From Gammaproteobacteria bacterium (GTDB lineage: Bacteria; Pseudomonadota; Gammaproteobacteria; Eutrophobiales; Eutrophobiaceae), in NCBI GenBank assembly GCA_965243205.1, contig CBDEUK010000002.1, positions 608,001-672,000 on the forward strand: a stretch of 64,000 nucleotides of DNA, written 5' to 3'. Below, in pieces: positions 53,812 to 64,000 of the stretch (within the stretch, counting starts at the first letter, position 1; each line of letters starts with the position of its first letter). Position numbers and translations under genes: made by a program. The notes below the pieces were generated by a model, which had not been told where the DNA came from, searched no databases, and saw only the letters and a list, made by a program, of their open reading frames with translations.

Positions 53812-54543
53812 ATGAGTGCATTTGAGGAATTATTAAATGCCAGTGAAGAGGACATAGTACGTGCTCTTTACCGGTTTCGTTTATTTAAACCCAAACCCGA
53901 TCAAAGTAAATTAGAATATATTGCTAATAGATTAAAATTTACTGTACCCCAATTAGTTTGTGCTATTGGTTTTAATCCAAACAGCACTTATTTAAACGAA
54001 GTATTCCCTATTCTAGGATATGAAAATTATCAACAAATCACTCATTTAAGAGATAACTATTATATTAATGATATTTACGAAAAAATTAGTTTAGGAAATC
54101 TACTCGCGATTTATAAACGTATAAAATATGAAAATGAAATTCTTATTACGATTCCAGAATTGCTTAAGAAACGCTTAGAAAAAATTGAACAAAAAATTGA
54201 AATTACCGTGAACTCAACTACTATTGATCGATATAAAAACGAAATGAAAGCGATCTATTTTGATAAAATAGTCGATGTTGATTTCGTTGAAGATCGTCTT
54301 AGTATTATGGATAGTGGTTATAGAGCTTTACTTAATGAAGTTGCTATTATTGTTGAAAGCAATTTTATTCCTGTTGATGATGTTTTTTTTCGCGACAATA
54401 TTTTATTCGAAGAACGTCGAAAGATGTTACAACGAGGATTAGTTAATAAAGAACTTATTTTTAAAAGACTCGAAGATGAATCAATCACGTCTGAAGAACA
54501 CGATTTGTTAGAAGAGCATATTAAAATAAAACAATTAAAATAA
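53812..54543 (+). CDS. Hypothetical protein, paralog of 54546..55259
   Basis: 243-aa ORF that aligns end to end with its neighbour (QLVCAIGFNP). Confidence 0.85.
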   Translation: MSAFEELLNASEEDIVRALYRFRLFKPKPDQSKLEYIANRLKFTVPQLVCAIGFNPNSTYLNEVFPILGYENYQQITHLRDNYYINDIYEKISLGNLLAIYKRIKYENEILITIPELLKKRLEKIEQKIEITVNSTTIDRYKNEMKAIYFDKIVDVDFVEDRLSIMDSGYRALLNEVAIIVESNFIPVDDVFFRDNILFEERRKMLQRGLVNKELIFKRLEDESITSEEHDLLEEHIKIKQLK

Positions 54544-54545
54544 TA

Positions 54546-55259
54546 ATGACTAACTTCTTAGAAATACTAACAGCTAGTGATAGTGATTTGGTAAAATTGT
54601 TTTATAAAGTTAATGTTGATACCAAATCTGACTTTATACTGAGAATTAACAACGTCGCAACTTCACTTGGTTTAAATCATACCCAGTTAATTTGTGCATT
54701 AGCCTTCAACCCAAATATTGAAAATCTTACTGATATCCATTCTCTTTTAGGCTTTCGTTCCTTTAAAGTACTGGATTATAGAAATGAAGAGTTATTCACA
54801 ACAGATGCCTATTTTCAACTCGCAATCGATAATATTTTAGATCTTTATTCCGTTATTTTAGAAGATGAAGATGTTGTTACTAAAGTAAGGAAGTTGTTAC
54901 CTCGTCGACTGGAGGTAATTGAAAATAAGATAGAAAAAAAAGAAGAACCTAATCATGTAATGAGCTATAGAATGGAAATAAACTCGTTATATAGCTTACA
55001 AATCGCCGATAAAGAATTTGCTGATATGCGTTTAAAACTCAATATTGGTCAACATCGAATCTATAGTGGAGAGCTAAAAGCAATTATTGAGGCAGGGTAT
55101 TATCCAGCAAATAATTTATTTTTTATGGATTCACTATCACCATTAGAAAAGAAATTTCTAATTGATGAGTTAGATATTCCAAAAGAAATTATTATCAACC
55201 GATTGCAAAACCAAAATATCACTTCCGAAGAACGTAATATCCTCGAAGACTGTATATAG
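54546..55259 (+). CDS. Hypothetical protein, paralog of 53812..54543
   Basis: 237-aa ORF 2 bp after the previous stop (QLICALAFNP). Confidence 0.85.
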   Translation: MTNFLEILTASDSDLVKLFYKVNVDTKSDFILRINNVATSLGLNHTQLICALAFNPNIENLTDIHSLLGFRSFKVLDYRNEELFTTDAYFQLAIDNILDLYSVILEDEDVVTKVRKLLPRRLEVIENKIEKKEEPNHVMSYRMEINSLYSLQIADKEFADMRLKLNIGQHRIYSGELKAIIEAGYYPANNLFFMDSLSPLEKKFLIDELDIPKEIIINRLQNQNITSEERNILEDCI

Positions 55260-55354
55260 TACCCCTCTCAAATCTGTGATGAGGTTGTCATTTATGTCTC
55301 TATATTGCTACAGCTTTCACAAAAAAATATTCTGAAATTCACACCAAAACATCT

Positions 55355-55402
55355 TAAGTCATTGATTTTCAAATTAATTAATGGAATGGCATAGTTTCTG
55401 CT
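55355..55402 (+). promoter_or_regulatory. IHF site plus sigma54 promoter of the PEP-CTERM gene
   Basis: TAAGTCATTGATT (55355-55367) is the reverse of WATCAA-N4-TTR; TGGCATAGTTTCTGCT (55387-55402) has GG-N10-GC; GAGAGG RBS. Confidence 0.78.
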
Positions 55403-55437
55403 ATGTAAACAGTATGATTTAGAGAGGAAAATCGAAA

Positions 55438-55953
55438 ATGAATAATAAATTAAAACAAATTATTGCTGTAACTACATTATTATTGATTGCTCCTTTTGCG
55501 AGCGCATATAACTATAGCCCATTATCATCAGATGCTGTTGTTTCTGTACAAATTGATTTTGGTAATGGCTACACACGAACAAACAAATTTTCGTTCTCAG
55601 ATGTTCAATTTGATGAGTTCTGGAATGATTTATTTTCAAATGGCTCTTCTCAAATGCGTAACAAAAAGCGTACTCGTCGTGCTTTAGCTCAGATATTTGC
55701 ACTAGAAACTCCTAAAGCTAAGAAGAAAGGAAAACGAAAAGTTATAGCTAAATACATGCCTAAATCTGACTCATCTGAACCGCCTTCATATGATGAACCA
55801 CCTTCAAATGAGCAAACACCAACCAATGGCACACCTACCAATGGAAACGGCGGCGGCACTCCTCCAGTTGCAGCTGTACCAGAACCTTCCACTTTAGCTT
55901 TATTAATATTAGGTGTTACTGGATTAACTTTAAGTCGTAAGTTAAAAAAATAA
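55438..55953 (+). CDS. PEP-CTERM sorting domain protein
   Basis: Signal peptide; VPEPSTLALL + TM + RKLKK tail; P/T/G linker. Confidence 0.92.
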   Translation: MNNKLKQIIAVTTLLLIAPFASAYNYSPLSSDAVVSVQIDFGNGYTRTNKFSFSDVQFDEFWNDLFSNGSSQMRNKKRTRRALAQIFALETPKAKKKGKRKVIAKYMPKSDSSEPPSYDEPPSNEQTPTNGTPTNGNGGGTPPVAAVPEPSTLALLILGVTGLTLSRKLKK

Positions 55954-55974
55954 ACTCCTCCCATGTAATAATCT

Positions 55975-56004
55975 AAAGGGGTCTCTTATAGAGACCCTTT
56001 TTTT
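55975..56004 (+). terminator. Intrinsic terminator
   Basis: GGGTCTCT-ta-t-AGAGACCC followed by T7. Confidence 0.85.
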
Positions 56005-56029
56005 GTTCGAAGTAAAGATAAAGTAAGTG

Positions 56030-56197
56030 TATGGTGCCGGAGAGAGGATTATTCGGTACATCCTGTACCTCACCCTAAAGGGCCCGCCTTCGGCGGTTCA
56101 ACTTTGTGTTCCTGACAAAGTTGTCGAACCTTTGTCGGTTCAAGTTCATTTCGAAATCATATAAACATAATCCATTTTAATGGATTATGTTTATATG
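56030..56197 (-). repeat. tRNA-linked repeat (RtT-like) downstream of tRNA-Thr
   Basis: 19-bp direct repeat of the tRNA 3' end (56030-56048 vs 56194-56212), displaced TCGAACCT (56124-56131), four intervening hairpins, 19-bp palindrome at 56158-56197. Confidence 0.75.
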
Positions 56198-56271
56198 GTG
56201 CCGGAGAGAGGACTCGAACCTCCGACCTAATCATTACGAATGATCCGCTCTACCAACTGAGCTACACCGGC
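56196..56271 (-). tRNA. tRNA-Thr(CGT)
   Basis: GCCGGTG start, anticodon CGT, CCA. Confidence 0.96.
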
Positions 56272-56332
56272 AACTATCGGTAATTATAATCTAAATTACT
56301 TAGAACTGAAAAATACACGAAATAAATAATAC

Positions 56333-57907
56333 TTATTGGTTCAACTGTTTGTCTTGAATGAAATCCAATGTTTGATACCACCAATTATTAACATTTGTTT
56401 CATCTGCAACAGTTAACCAATCTGCATTACCAAACCCAGACCAAATTACGATGCCATCAGCATATTTGTATGCAGTCTCAAGTTGTAAACGCCAATAATC
56501 ACCTGCAACCAACTGCCCCGCGTAGTCAGAACTATTATGATAAACTGGCCATAGAAAGACATAGACAGGCTTACCATATTTTCTTGCTTCCTTTAGATTT
56601 TCTTCAGCGAATCTAAGCCAACCCTCTTGATCAGTGTAAAAAGTATATAAAGATGGGAATATTACATCTACATGTTGTGCAAGATGTTTAAAAAGTTCGT
56701 TACGTTCCATCCAACTATCATTGATACCTCCATGGACTCCCCAATATTCACGTTGTGGCATTTCTCCATAATAGCCAATTCGGATGCCTGGCTTTTCATT
56801 ATGGATCCAATTTGCAATCGAAGACATTTTTTGAATAGAGTCGATATTATTAGTAAAGCCATCTTGATAACGTGTAGGTAAATGCTCTATGTTTATATAA
56901 TGTAATAAATTAGTTTCCGTTATCTTTTTTGCTTCTTCTCGTACATTTTCTTCACTCGGAAAGTCAGTATTGATATCATCAGTTGAGTTCCAAAATTTTG
57001 TATGCGAAGAAAACCTAGGCACCAAAGAAAATCCATATTGAGACATATCCGGAAGATTTCCCGCACTAATACTTTGCCCTAAGAAAAAAGCTTTCTTACC
57101 ACGATAAAAAGCAAGGTCTCCATTCTGAAAAGTCAAAAAATTATTATGTGGCTTATCCAAAAGTCGTACTTCATCAATCGTTCCTCGAAAGTGATCATTG
57201 GATGTTGTATAGCGTTTACCTAATCTAAATCGCCACCCATTTGCTCGATAATCAAAATCAATAAAGTTTCTGACTAAAGATGGTTGTAGATTAACGATTA
57301 CGTTATTTTCATCGTTCCAATATAGTCTGACTTGAACATCATCCTCTCTTAGATCTCCATCAAAATCTGCTGTTCTTACACTAAACGCAATATGATACCA
57401 ATGTTCTATCTTGGAATTTTTAACAGGTAAATGTAATGATTGAATTTGGTTCTCACCATCTCCTGAGCGAATTTCAACAACTAAATTACCGTTAGCAAAA
57501 TATAAAATTGAAGAAAATGTTGAGCCTACCAAATTCGCCATTACTACTTGTCTTGTTGGTAAGTTTTGCGGCAAATTATTCAGATCGTCCCATTTAACCC
57601 ATGTTTCAAAAGTAAAGTTATCACTATCTCCAAGGCTTGTTGATTCTAATGCTCCTGTTCCACTAAAACCTGTAATGGCCCGCCCCATACCAATTTGCCC
57701 AGATACATCAGAAATAACAGCATTTCCATACGTTACTAGTTTGTGGCGCCCAGTAAAATCTGTAAATTCTCCAAAATTATTATTTGACTGATCAAACTGC
57801 CATAACGCTTTTAAATTCTGCTCACTACCATCATAGTTTCCAGGCATCGCTTGTATATTAAAAAAAGTTAACAGAAAAAATATATAAATGAATAATTTAT
57901 GAAACAT
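56333..57907 (-). CDS. Secreted LamG-like jelly-roll domain fused to a putative TIM-barrel glycoside hydrolase
   Basis: Signal peptide from MFHKL; FTFETWVK, WYHIAF, FRGTIDEVR (LamG); INIEH, DVIFPSLY, KPVYVF, ADGIVIW. Confidence 0.7.
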   Translation of the reverse strand: MFHKLFIYIFFLLTFFNIQAMPGNYDGSEQNLKALWQFDQSNNNFGEFTDFTGRHKLVTYGNAVISDVSGQIGMGRAITGFSGTGALESTSLGDSDNFTFETWVKWDDLNNLPQNLPTRQVVMANLVGSTFSSILYFANGNLVVEIRSGDGENQIQSLHLPVKNSKIEHWYHIAFSVRTADFDGDLREDDVQVRLYWNDENNVIVNLQPSLVRNFIDFDYRANGWRFRLGKRYTTSNDHFRGTIDEVRLLDKPHNNFLTFQNGDLAFYRGKKAFFLGQSISAGNLPDMSQYGFSLVPRFSSHTKFWNSTDDINTDFPSEENVREEAKKITETNLLHYINIEHLPTRYQDGFTNNIDSIQKMSSIANWIHNEKPGIRIGYYGEMPQREYWGVHGGINDSWMERNELFKHLAQHVDVIFPSLYTFYTDQEGWLRFAEENLKEARKYGKPVYVFLWPVYHNSSDYAGQLVAGDYWRLQLETAYKYADGIVIWSGFGNADWLTVADETNVNNWWYQTLDFIQDKQLNQ

Positions 57908-58046
57908 TGCGCCGTACCTGTTTATTTTGAAAAAAACATCCAGACATCCTCGATACAATTATTAGACCAACATCTATAATTGCTATATTTCCTATCTATT
58001 CATTAACATAATTTTATCTAAATTATTTAACTACAATGTGAATACT

Positions 58047-59099
58047 TTATGGAAAATTTATTTCAGGGTGCTCTTTATGCAGTAAGTTTTTTATTAATCG
58101 TGCAGATGCAGGCGCTTGTAATATGCCATTTCGATAATGGCCTGTATTGATATATAGATTATTTACCTGATTATGTTTGGCAATTATAGGTTGTTCAGAT
58201 CGTGGCCTAAGCCCAGTCCAATGTGCACTAGGCTGATGTGCTTTCAATTCAGGAATGAATATTTCAGCAAAAGATTGAAGCTGTTCCTTTGCTTCATTTG
58301 TTGTAGCTTTATTATAACCAGTATCTTCTAAGGTACTGCCGATTACTAATTGCCCATTTTTTCTCGGAATACAATACTTACCATTAGCTAGAACAATGCA
58401 ATCTATCAATTCCTTATCAAGACTATAACTTATCATCTGTCCCTTAATTGGTTTTACGTGAATCCCAAAGTTAAATTGTGCATCACCGCTCCATGCACCC
58501 GCCGCTATGACTACATTATCAGCAACAATTTCTTTTTTAGAAGTTATTAGTTTTGTAACTGCATTAGCTTTCGTTTTAACCTCTAAAACTTGGCTATTTT
58601 CAATGAACGTTACTGATTTTTTCTGCAATGATTTTTTTAATGCATTTATTAAATAAATATTATTGATATGTGCAGCTTGAGGAAGCCAGACAGATTTTTT
58701 ATTCGTTTGTAAATGATGTAATTTAGGAAAGCGTGATAAGTTATCAACTATAACTGAATTTTCTATTTTTTGCTTTTGCCAAGAATCAAAATCGTCATCA
58801 AGTTCAGGCTCAATGACTAACATTCCTGAAGCTAAATAATCACAATCGATACCTGTTTTATCCAACAGTTCATCACATAAAACCGGGTAACGTTTTTGAC
58901 TCCATAACTGGAGTTGTAAAGAAATTTGTGATTGTTTCCAAGGAGGTAAAGCAGAGAGAATTCCACCGCCTGCACTAGAGGCCTCTTGTCCTAATTCACC
59001 TTTATCAATAACAACAACTTTCAAACCTGTATCAATCAGCTCATAAGCGGTCATCAGACCAATGATACCACCACCGATGATCGCTACATCAAAACTCAT
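58047..59099 (-). CDS. thiO: Glycine oxidase (FAD-dependent, DAO family)
   Basis: IIGGGIIG, AS.AGGGIL, PIKGQ, WTGLRP, GHYRNGIL. Confidence 0.88.
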   Translation of the reverse strand: MSFDVAIIGGGIIGLMTAYELIDTGLKVVVIDKGELGQEASSAGGGILSALPPWKQSQISLQLQLWSQKRYPVLCDELLDKTGIDCDYLASGMLVIEPELDDDFDSWQKQKIENSVIVDNLSRFPKLHHLQTNKKSVWLPQAAHINNIYLINALKKSLQKKSVTFIENSQVLEVKTKANAVTKLITSKKEIVADNVVIAAGAWSGDAQFNFGIHVKPIKGQMISYSLDKELIDCIVLANGKYCIPRKNGQLVIGSTLEDTGYNKATTNEAKEQLQSFAEIFIPELKAHQPSAHWTGLRPRSEQPIIAKHNQVNNLYINTGHYRNGILQAPASARLIKNLLHKEHPEINFP

Positions 59100-59128
59100 T
59101 CAGGCTCAATTTAAAATATTTAAAAAGA

Positions 59129-60094
59129 TTAATTCGCAGCTTTTTCTTGTAATGCAGATTTCATTAATTCTTTAGGTAACGAAAATACAACTTTCTCACG
59201 TTTACCTGGGGCTTCAACGACAACATCAGCTCCTAATTTTTGAAGTTTTTGTACAACTTCCTCAACTAAAATTTCTGGTGCCGAAGCGCCAGCTGTTAAA
59301 CCGATTTTCTTCTTATCTTCCAACCATTCTTCTTTTATTTCTGAAGCATTATCGATTAAGAATGCAGGCACACCGGCTTTTTGTGAAATCTCGGCTAAAC
59401 GAGAAGAATTAGAACTATTTTGTGAGCCCACAACCAGAATTAAATCAGAGTCTTTTACCATTTTCTTAACGGCATCTTGGCGGTTCTGAGTTGCGTAGCA
59501 AATATCTTCTTTCTTTGGGCCTTCGATATTTGGAAAACGCTCACGAAGTGCATCAATAACTAAAGCGGTATCATCCATCGATAACGTCGTCTGAGTAACA
59601 AAAGCTAAGAAATTTGGATCTTTAACCTGCATACTCCAAACATCTTCAACCGACTCAACTAAGTACATGCCACCTTTATCATCACTGCGTCGATATTGAC
59701 CTAAAGTACCCTCAACTTCAGGATGACCTTCATGGCCAATCAATATGCATTCTCGGCCTTCATCTTGATACTTACCTACTTCCATATGTACTTTAGTAAC
59801 TAAAGGGCAAATCGCATCAAATACTCTCAGATTACGTCTAGCGGCTTCATCACGAACTGCTTTTGAAACACCATGAGCACTGAAAATGACGGTAGAGTTG
59901 TCTTCTACTTCATCTAATTCTTCGACGAAAACCGCACCTTTATCTCGTAGCCCATCAACTACATACTTATTGTGAACCACCTCGTGGCGAACATAGACGG
60001 GAGCTCCAAACAGCTCTAAAGCACGTTCTACGATCTCAATTGCTCGGTCTACACCAGCACAAAATCCACGTGGGTTGGCAAGAGAAATTTGCAT
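59129..60094 (-). CDS. ispH: 4-hydroxy-3-methylbut-2-enyl diphosphate reductase
   Basis: [28 protein letters not shown]. Confidence 0.97.
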   Translation of the reverse strand: MQISLANPRGFCAGVDRAIEIVERALELFGAPVYVRHEVVHNKYVVDGLRDKGAVFVEELDEVEDNSTVIFSAHGVSKAVRDEAARRNLRVFDAICPLVTKVHMEVGKYQDEGRECILIGHEGHPEVEGTLGQYRRSDDKGGMYLVESVEDVWSMQVKDPNFLAFVTQTTLSMDDTALVIDALRERFPNIEGPKKEDICYATQNRQDAVKKMVKDSDLILVVGSQNSSNSSRLAEISQKAGVPAFLIDNASEIKEEWLEDKKKIGLTAGASAPEILVEEVVQKLQKLGADVVVEAPGKREKVVFSLPKELMKSALQEKAAN

Positions 60095-60164
60095 AAGTTA
60101 GTTTCCTATAAAAAATATCTTAGAAATAATACGTTAAATTTGAGCCTATTTTAGACTAAATCTG

Positions 60165-60656
60165 TCATTGATGTTCTGCTTTCTGTTCATAAATTGAGTC
60201 AATAATATATAAAATTGCCCCAATAAAAACGGCAGAATCGGCAATATTAAACGATGGCCAAGGATTAAATATCCTAAATGGAATAAAACTGATGTAGACC
60301 TGAATAAAATCGACTACACATCCAATAAATATCCGATCCGCTAAATTCCCTAAAGCACCACCAAGAATCATAGCCAAAGCCACAGCCAACAATGATTTAT
60401 CTTTGGGTAACTTTATTAGCCACACTAAAATAAAAAGGCTTACAAACATTACAAAGATAGAAATTGCCCAACGTTGCCATCCTCCAGCATCACTTAAAAA
60501 ACTGAATGCAGCGCCATAATTACAAGCATGATTAATATTAAACACACCTGGAATTATTGGAAAATAATCACCTAATTGTAGATTTGAAATAATCCAACCT
60601 TTGGAAAGTTGATCCAAAATTAAGACAACAATAGTGATGATTAAATATCGCATCAT
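60165..60656 (-). CDS. lspA: Signal peptidase II
   Basis: DQLSK, NYGAAFS, GNLADR, VVDF, FNIADS. Confidence 0.96.
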   Translation of the reverse strand: MMRYLIITIVVLILDQLSKGWIISNLQLGDYFPIIPGVFNINHACNYGAAFSFLSDAGGWQRWAISIFVMFVSLFILVWLIKLPKDKSLLAVALAMILGGALGNLADRIFIGCVVDFIQVYISFIPFRIFNPWPSFNIADSAVFIGAILYIIDSIYEQKAEHQ

Positions 60657-60660
60657 TTAA

Positions 60661-63474
60661 TTACGCGTATAGCCTTGATTCACCATCGGCATCCACATTC
60701 TCGATACAGCGACCACACAATTCAGGGTGGGCAGAATGTTGACCAACGTCGTCTCGATAATGCCAACATCGAACACACTTAGTTGCCTTGGATTTAAATG
60801 CTTCAATACGTATGCTATTACCTAGTACTTCTGAATCATATTCAACAGCTGCTTCAGTTTGCTCACTTAACGGTTTAACCGTTGCTTTCGAAGTAATCAA
60901 TACAAAACGCAACTCTTCATTTAGGGTGTTCAAAGCCTCGGCAATCGTTTCGTCGCAATAGATAGTCACTTCAGCGTCCAGAGATGACCCAATGGTTTTC
61001 TCATTTCGTAAAGTTTCCAAAACTTGATTGACGCCATCACGCGTTGCAATGAGTTTATTCCACAATTGACGTTCTTCATCATTAAACTCAGCATCGAATT
61101 CGTCATACCAGTTTTTCACAAACACTGACTCATCATCACTGCCGGGAATATATTGATGAATTTCCTCAGCCGTAAAACTTAAGATAGGTGCTAACCAACG
61201 CGATAATGCTTGCACGATTTGATAAATCGCAGTTTGTGCAGAGCGTCTTGGTAAGCAATCTTCTTTTAAGGTATAGATGCGATCTTTAATAATATCGAGA
61301 TAGAAACCACCCATCTCAACCACACAAAATTGATGTAGCTTTTGATAAATTTGATGAAATTGATAATCATCATAAGCCGCTATGATTTCTTTTTGTAATG
61401 AGCGTGCTTGATCCACCGCCCAACGATCTAATTGTAATAACTCATTGCCTGCTACTTGATGTTGCTCAGGGTCGAAACCTTCTAAGTTTGCTAATAAATA
61501 ACGCGAAGTATTACGTATACGACGATAAGCATCAGCCATGCGCTTTAAGATTTCATCAGAGACTTTCATCTCACCACGGTAATCAGTAGCAGCGACCCAA
61601 AGACGTAATACATCAGCACCTAAATTATTGATAACTTTTTGAGGCGCTACGACATTACCTTTTGACTTAGACATTTTTTCGCCTTTAGCATCTACGGTAA
61701 AACCATGAGTTAATACTTCGTCATAAGGTGCTTTGTCACGAATAGCAATCGATGTTAATAGTGATGATTGAAACCAACCTCGATGTTGATCTGAACCTTC
61801 TAAATATAAATTTGCTGGAGCAGATAATCGGTCGTCATTATCTAACACAGAGTAATGCGTAATACCTGAATCAAACCAAACATCTAATGTATCAGTTACT
61901 TTTTCATAATCATCAGCATCATAAATTAAATCACCCACATCCATATCGAACCAAGCATCAATGCCCTGCTCTTCAATTTTTTCAGCAACTTTTTCAAATA
62001 TAGCTTCTGTATCAGGATGCAATTCATTCGTGTTTTTATTAATTAATACAGTGATTGGTACTCCCCAACTGCGTTGACGTGAAATACACCAATCAGGACG
62101 ATCACTGACCATTGCTTCAATACGTTGTTGTCCCCAATCTGGTAACCATTTGGTATTTTTAATTTCTGCCATAGCCATATCACGCAGATCATTATCATCC
62201 ATGCTAATAAACCATTGTGGTGTTGCACGAAAGATAACAGGTGTTTTATGTCGCCAACAATGTGGATAGCTATGTTGAATGGTTTCAGAAACGAACAAAC
62301 GATTTTTTTCTTGTAACACTTCTATGACATGTCCATTCGCTTTTAGAACATGTTCGCCGGCAAATAACTCTGTATCCGGTAAGAAGCAACCATTACTACC
62401 GACTGGGTTATAGACTTCTAAACCATATTGACTACCTACTACATAGTCATCGACACCATGACCAGGAGCAGTATGTACACAACCTGTACCAGCTTCTAAC
62501 GTAACATGCTTGCCAAGGATGATTGGAACTTGTCGATCATAAAAAGGATGTTGTAATAATAATTTTTCAATAGTACTGCCTTTAAATTCAGCAAGCACTT
62601 CTTGGCTATTACTATCGCTTCTGCCTAATACACTTTCTAATAAACCACTTGCCACAATGACACGTAGTTCATCCACTTGTACTAATACATAATCAAACTC
62701 AGGGTGAATCGCCACAGCTTGGTTTGCCGGCAAAGTCCAAGGAGTCGTTGTCCAAATAACAATAGAAAGTTCACCATCACCAACTGGAGCGGAATCTATA
62801 GCGTTAAAGAATGCAGCTTCATCCACAATCGGAAATAATACATCGATAGCAGGTGAGGTTTTATCTTGATATTCAACCTCAGCTTCGGCTAATGCTGAAC
62901 CACAATCCATACACCAATAGACCGGTTTTGATCCTTTCTTTAAATGCCCTGCTTTAACTATCTTTCCAAGACCTCGAACAATATTCGCCTCGGTTTTAAA
63001 ATCCATGGTTAAGTAAGGTTTATACCAATCACCTAACACACCTAAACGAATAAAATCTTCACGTTGCTTATCCACTTGCTTTTTGGCGTACTCACGACAC
63101 GCATCGCGAAACACTTTTGGCTCAACTTTAATGCCTGCTTTACCTATTTTCTTTTCGACCTGAAGTTCAATCGGTAAACCATGACAATCCCAACCAGGTA
63201 CATAGGGAGCGTTATAACCATTTAACGTTTGTGATTTAACAATAATATCTTTGAGTATTTTATTGACCGCATGCCCAATATGGATATCACCATTGGCATA
63301 AGGTGGGCCATCATGAAGAATAAACGGCTTAGCATCAGCTCGTTGTTCTCGAATCGTTTCATAAAGATTATTGTCTTGCCATTGTTTCAGCATCTTTGGT
63401 TCACGTTGAGCCAAATTCGCTTTCATTGGGAAATTAGTCTTAGGCAAATTTAAAGTGTGTTTATACTCAGTCAT
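60661..63474 (-). CDS. ileS: Isoleucine--tRNA ligase
   Basis: [27 protein letters not shown]-terminal zinc finger. Confidence 0.98.
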   Translation of the reverse strand: MTEYKHTLNLPKTNFPMKANLAQREPKMLKQWQDNNLYETIREQRADAKPFILHDGPPYANGDIHIGHAVNKILKDIIVKSQTLNGYNAPYVPGWDCHGLPIELQVEKKIGKAGIKVEPKVFRDACREYAKKQVDKQREDFIRLGVLGDWYKPYLTMDFKTEANIVRGLGKIVKAGHLKKGSKPVYWCMDCGSALAEAEVEYQDKTSPAIDVLFPIVDEAAFFNAIDSAPVGDGELSIVIWTTTPWTLPANQAVAIHPEFDYVLVQVDELRVIVASGLLESVLGRSDSNSQEVLAEFKGSTIEKLLLQHPFYDRQVPIILGKHVTLEAGTGCVHTAPGHGVDDYVVGSQYGLEVYNPVGSNGCFLPDTELFAGEHVLKANGHVIEVLQEKNRLFVSETIQHSYPHCWRHKTPVIFRATPQWFISMDDNDLRDMAMAEIKNTKWLPDWGQQRIEAMVSDRPDWCISRQRSWGVPITVLINKNTNELHPDTEAIFEKVAEKIEEQGIDAWFDMDVGDLIYDADDYEKVTDTLDVWFDSGITHYSVLDNDDRLSAPANLYLEGSDQHRGWFQSSLLTSIAIRDKAPYDEVLTHGFTVDAKGEKMSKSKGNVVAPQKVINNLGADVLRLWVAATDYRGEMKVSDEILKRMADAYRRIRNTSRYLLANLEGFDPEQHQVAGNELLQLDRWAVDQARSLQKEIIAAYDDYQFHQIYQKLHQFCVVEMGGFYLDIIKDRIYTLKEDCLPRRSAQTAIYQIVQALSRWLAPILSFTAEEIHQYIPGSDDESVFVKNWYDEFDAEFNDEERQLWNKLIATRDGVNQVLETLRNEKTIGSSLDAEVTIYCDETIAEALNTLNEELRFVLITSKATVKPLSEQTEAAVEYDSEVLGNSIRIEAFKSKATKCVRCWHYRDDVGQHSAHPELCGRCIENVDADGESRLYA

Positions 63475-63476
63475 TA

Positions 63477-64000
63477 TTATTTATTTTCAGTTACGTCATT
63501 TTTTCCAGCGTGGAATTCTCGGGCATTTTGTACATCAAGATCAATCTGTTTCTTCAACGCTTCTATTGAAGCTAGCTTTTGTTCATCACGTAAGCGGCTG
63601 TGGAATTCGATTTGAACCTTCTGACCATAAATTTCACCAGAAAAATCCAATAAATGGGTTTCAAGCAAGGTTTGTTTGCCGTTAAAAACAGGGCGAATAC
63701 CAATATTACTGACCGAAGGATAAATCTCACCGTTTTCCAGTCTAGTAGAAGTTACAAAAACACCTTTGATCGGTAATTTACGACGATTCAATTTTATATT
63801 TATGGTGGGGAAACCTAATTCACGCCCACGTTTATCACCATGAATCACACGGCCAGAGATTGAATATTGACGACCTAATAATTTATTAGCCAGAACAAAA
63901 TCTCCCTTAGTCAAAGATTCTCGAATCCATGTGCTGCTGATTCTGCTGCCTTCATGCTCACATCTAGCTGCTTGTTCAATCGTAAAACCATGTTGCTCAC
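63477..64000 (-). CDS. ribF: Riboflavin kinase/FAD synthetase (5' end outside window)
   Basis: Frame open to the window edge (RISSTWIR), [23 protein letters not shown]. Confidence 0.95.
   Translation of the reverse strand, partial: EQHGFTIEQAARCEHEGSRISSTWIRESLTKGDFVLANKLLGRQYSISGRVIHGDKRGRELGFPTINIKLNRRKLPIKGVFVTSTRLENGEIYPSVSNIGIRPVFNGKQTLLETHLLDFSGEIYGQKVQIEFHSRLRDEQKLASIEALKKQIDLDVQNAREFHAGKNDVTENK

Noticed and set aside
55770-55860. Short tandem repeats (GAACCNCCTTCA, CCNACCAATGG)
   Set aside because: They encode the low-complexity PEP-CTERM linker; this is not a CRISPR or VNTR array.
56030-56212. attL/attR of a prophage or integrative element at tRNA-Thr
   Set aside because: The repeats are only 164 bp apart with no integrase or cargo; a tRNA-linked repeat fits better.
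60095-60164. fkpB missing between lspA and ispH
   Set aside because: A common lineage-level variation; no remnant is visible in the 70-bp gap.

Overview
AT-rich gammaproteobacterial chromosome segment, probably marine and probably with C1 metabolism (inferred from mtdA/fch and glucosylglycerate genes). The housekeeping backbone is gor, modABC (modA frameshifted), a stand-alone fusA, cspA, a peptide ABC transporter next to fabI, tig-clpP-clpX-lon-hupB-tRNAs-ppiD, cysS/ppiB/lpxH, ampDE, nadC and ribF-ileS-lspA-ispH-thiO, with 7 tRNAs. Accessory blocks are: a gpgP-gpgS-GH13_18 operon converging on an ATP-grasp/alpha-E/transglutaminase/Anbu operon that has a clear NtrC-IHF-sigma54 promoter; a double heme-PAS kinase/receiver/GGDEF-EAL module; egtC-egtB; fch/mtdA; a sigma54-driven PEP-CTERM gene; and a LamG + glycosidase-like protein. 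The least explained items are a tandem pair of full-length paralogous unknown proteins behind a Sel1-SPOR gene, a structured ~85-nt intergenic RNA candidate after modC, a secreted six-cysteine mini-protein precursor, and a tRNA-Thr-linked repeat with a hairpin-interrupted T-arm. No CRISPR array, transposase or integrase was seen. All assignments come from reading motifs by eye; no searches were run.
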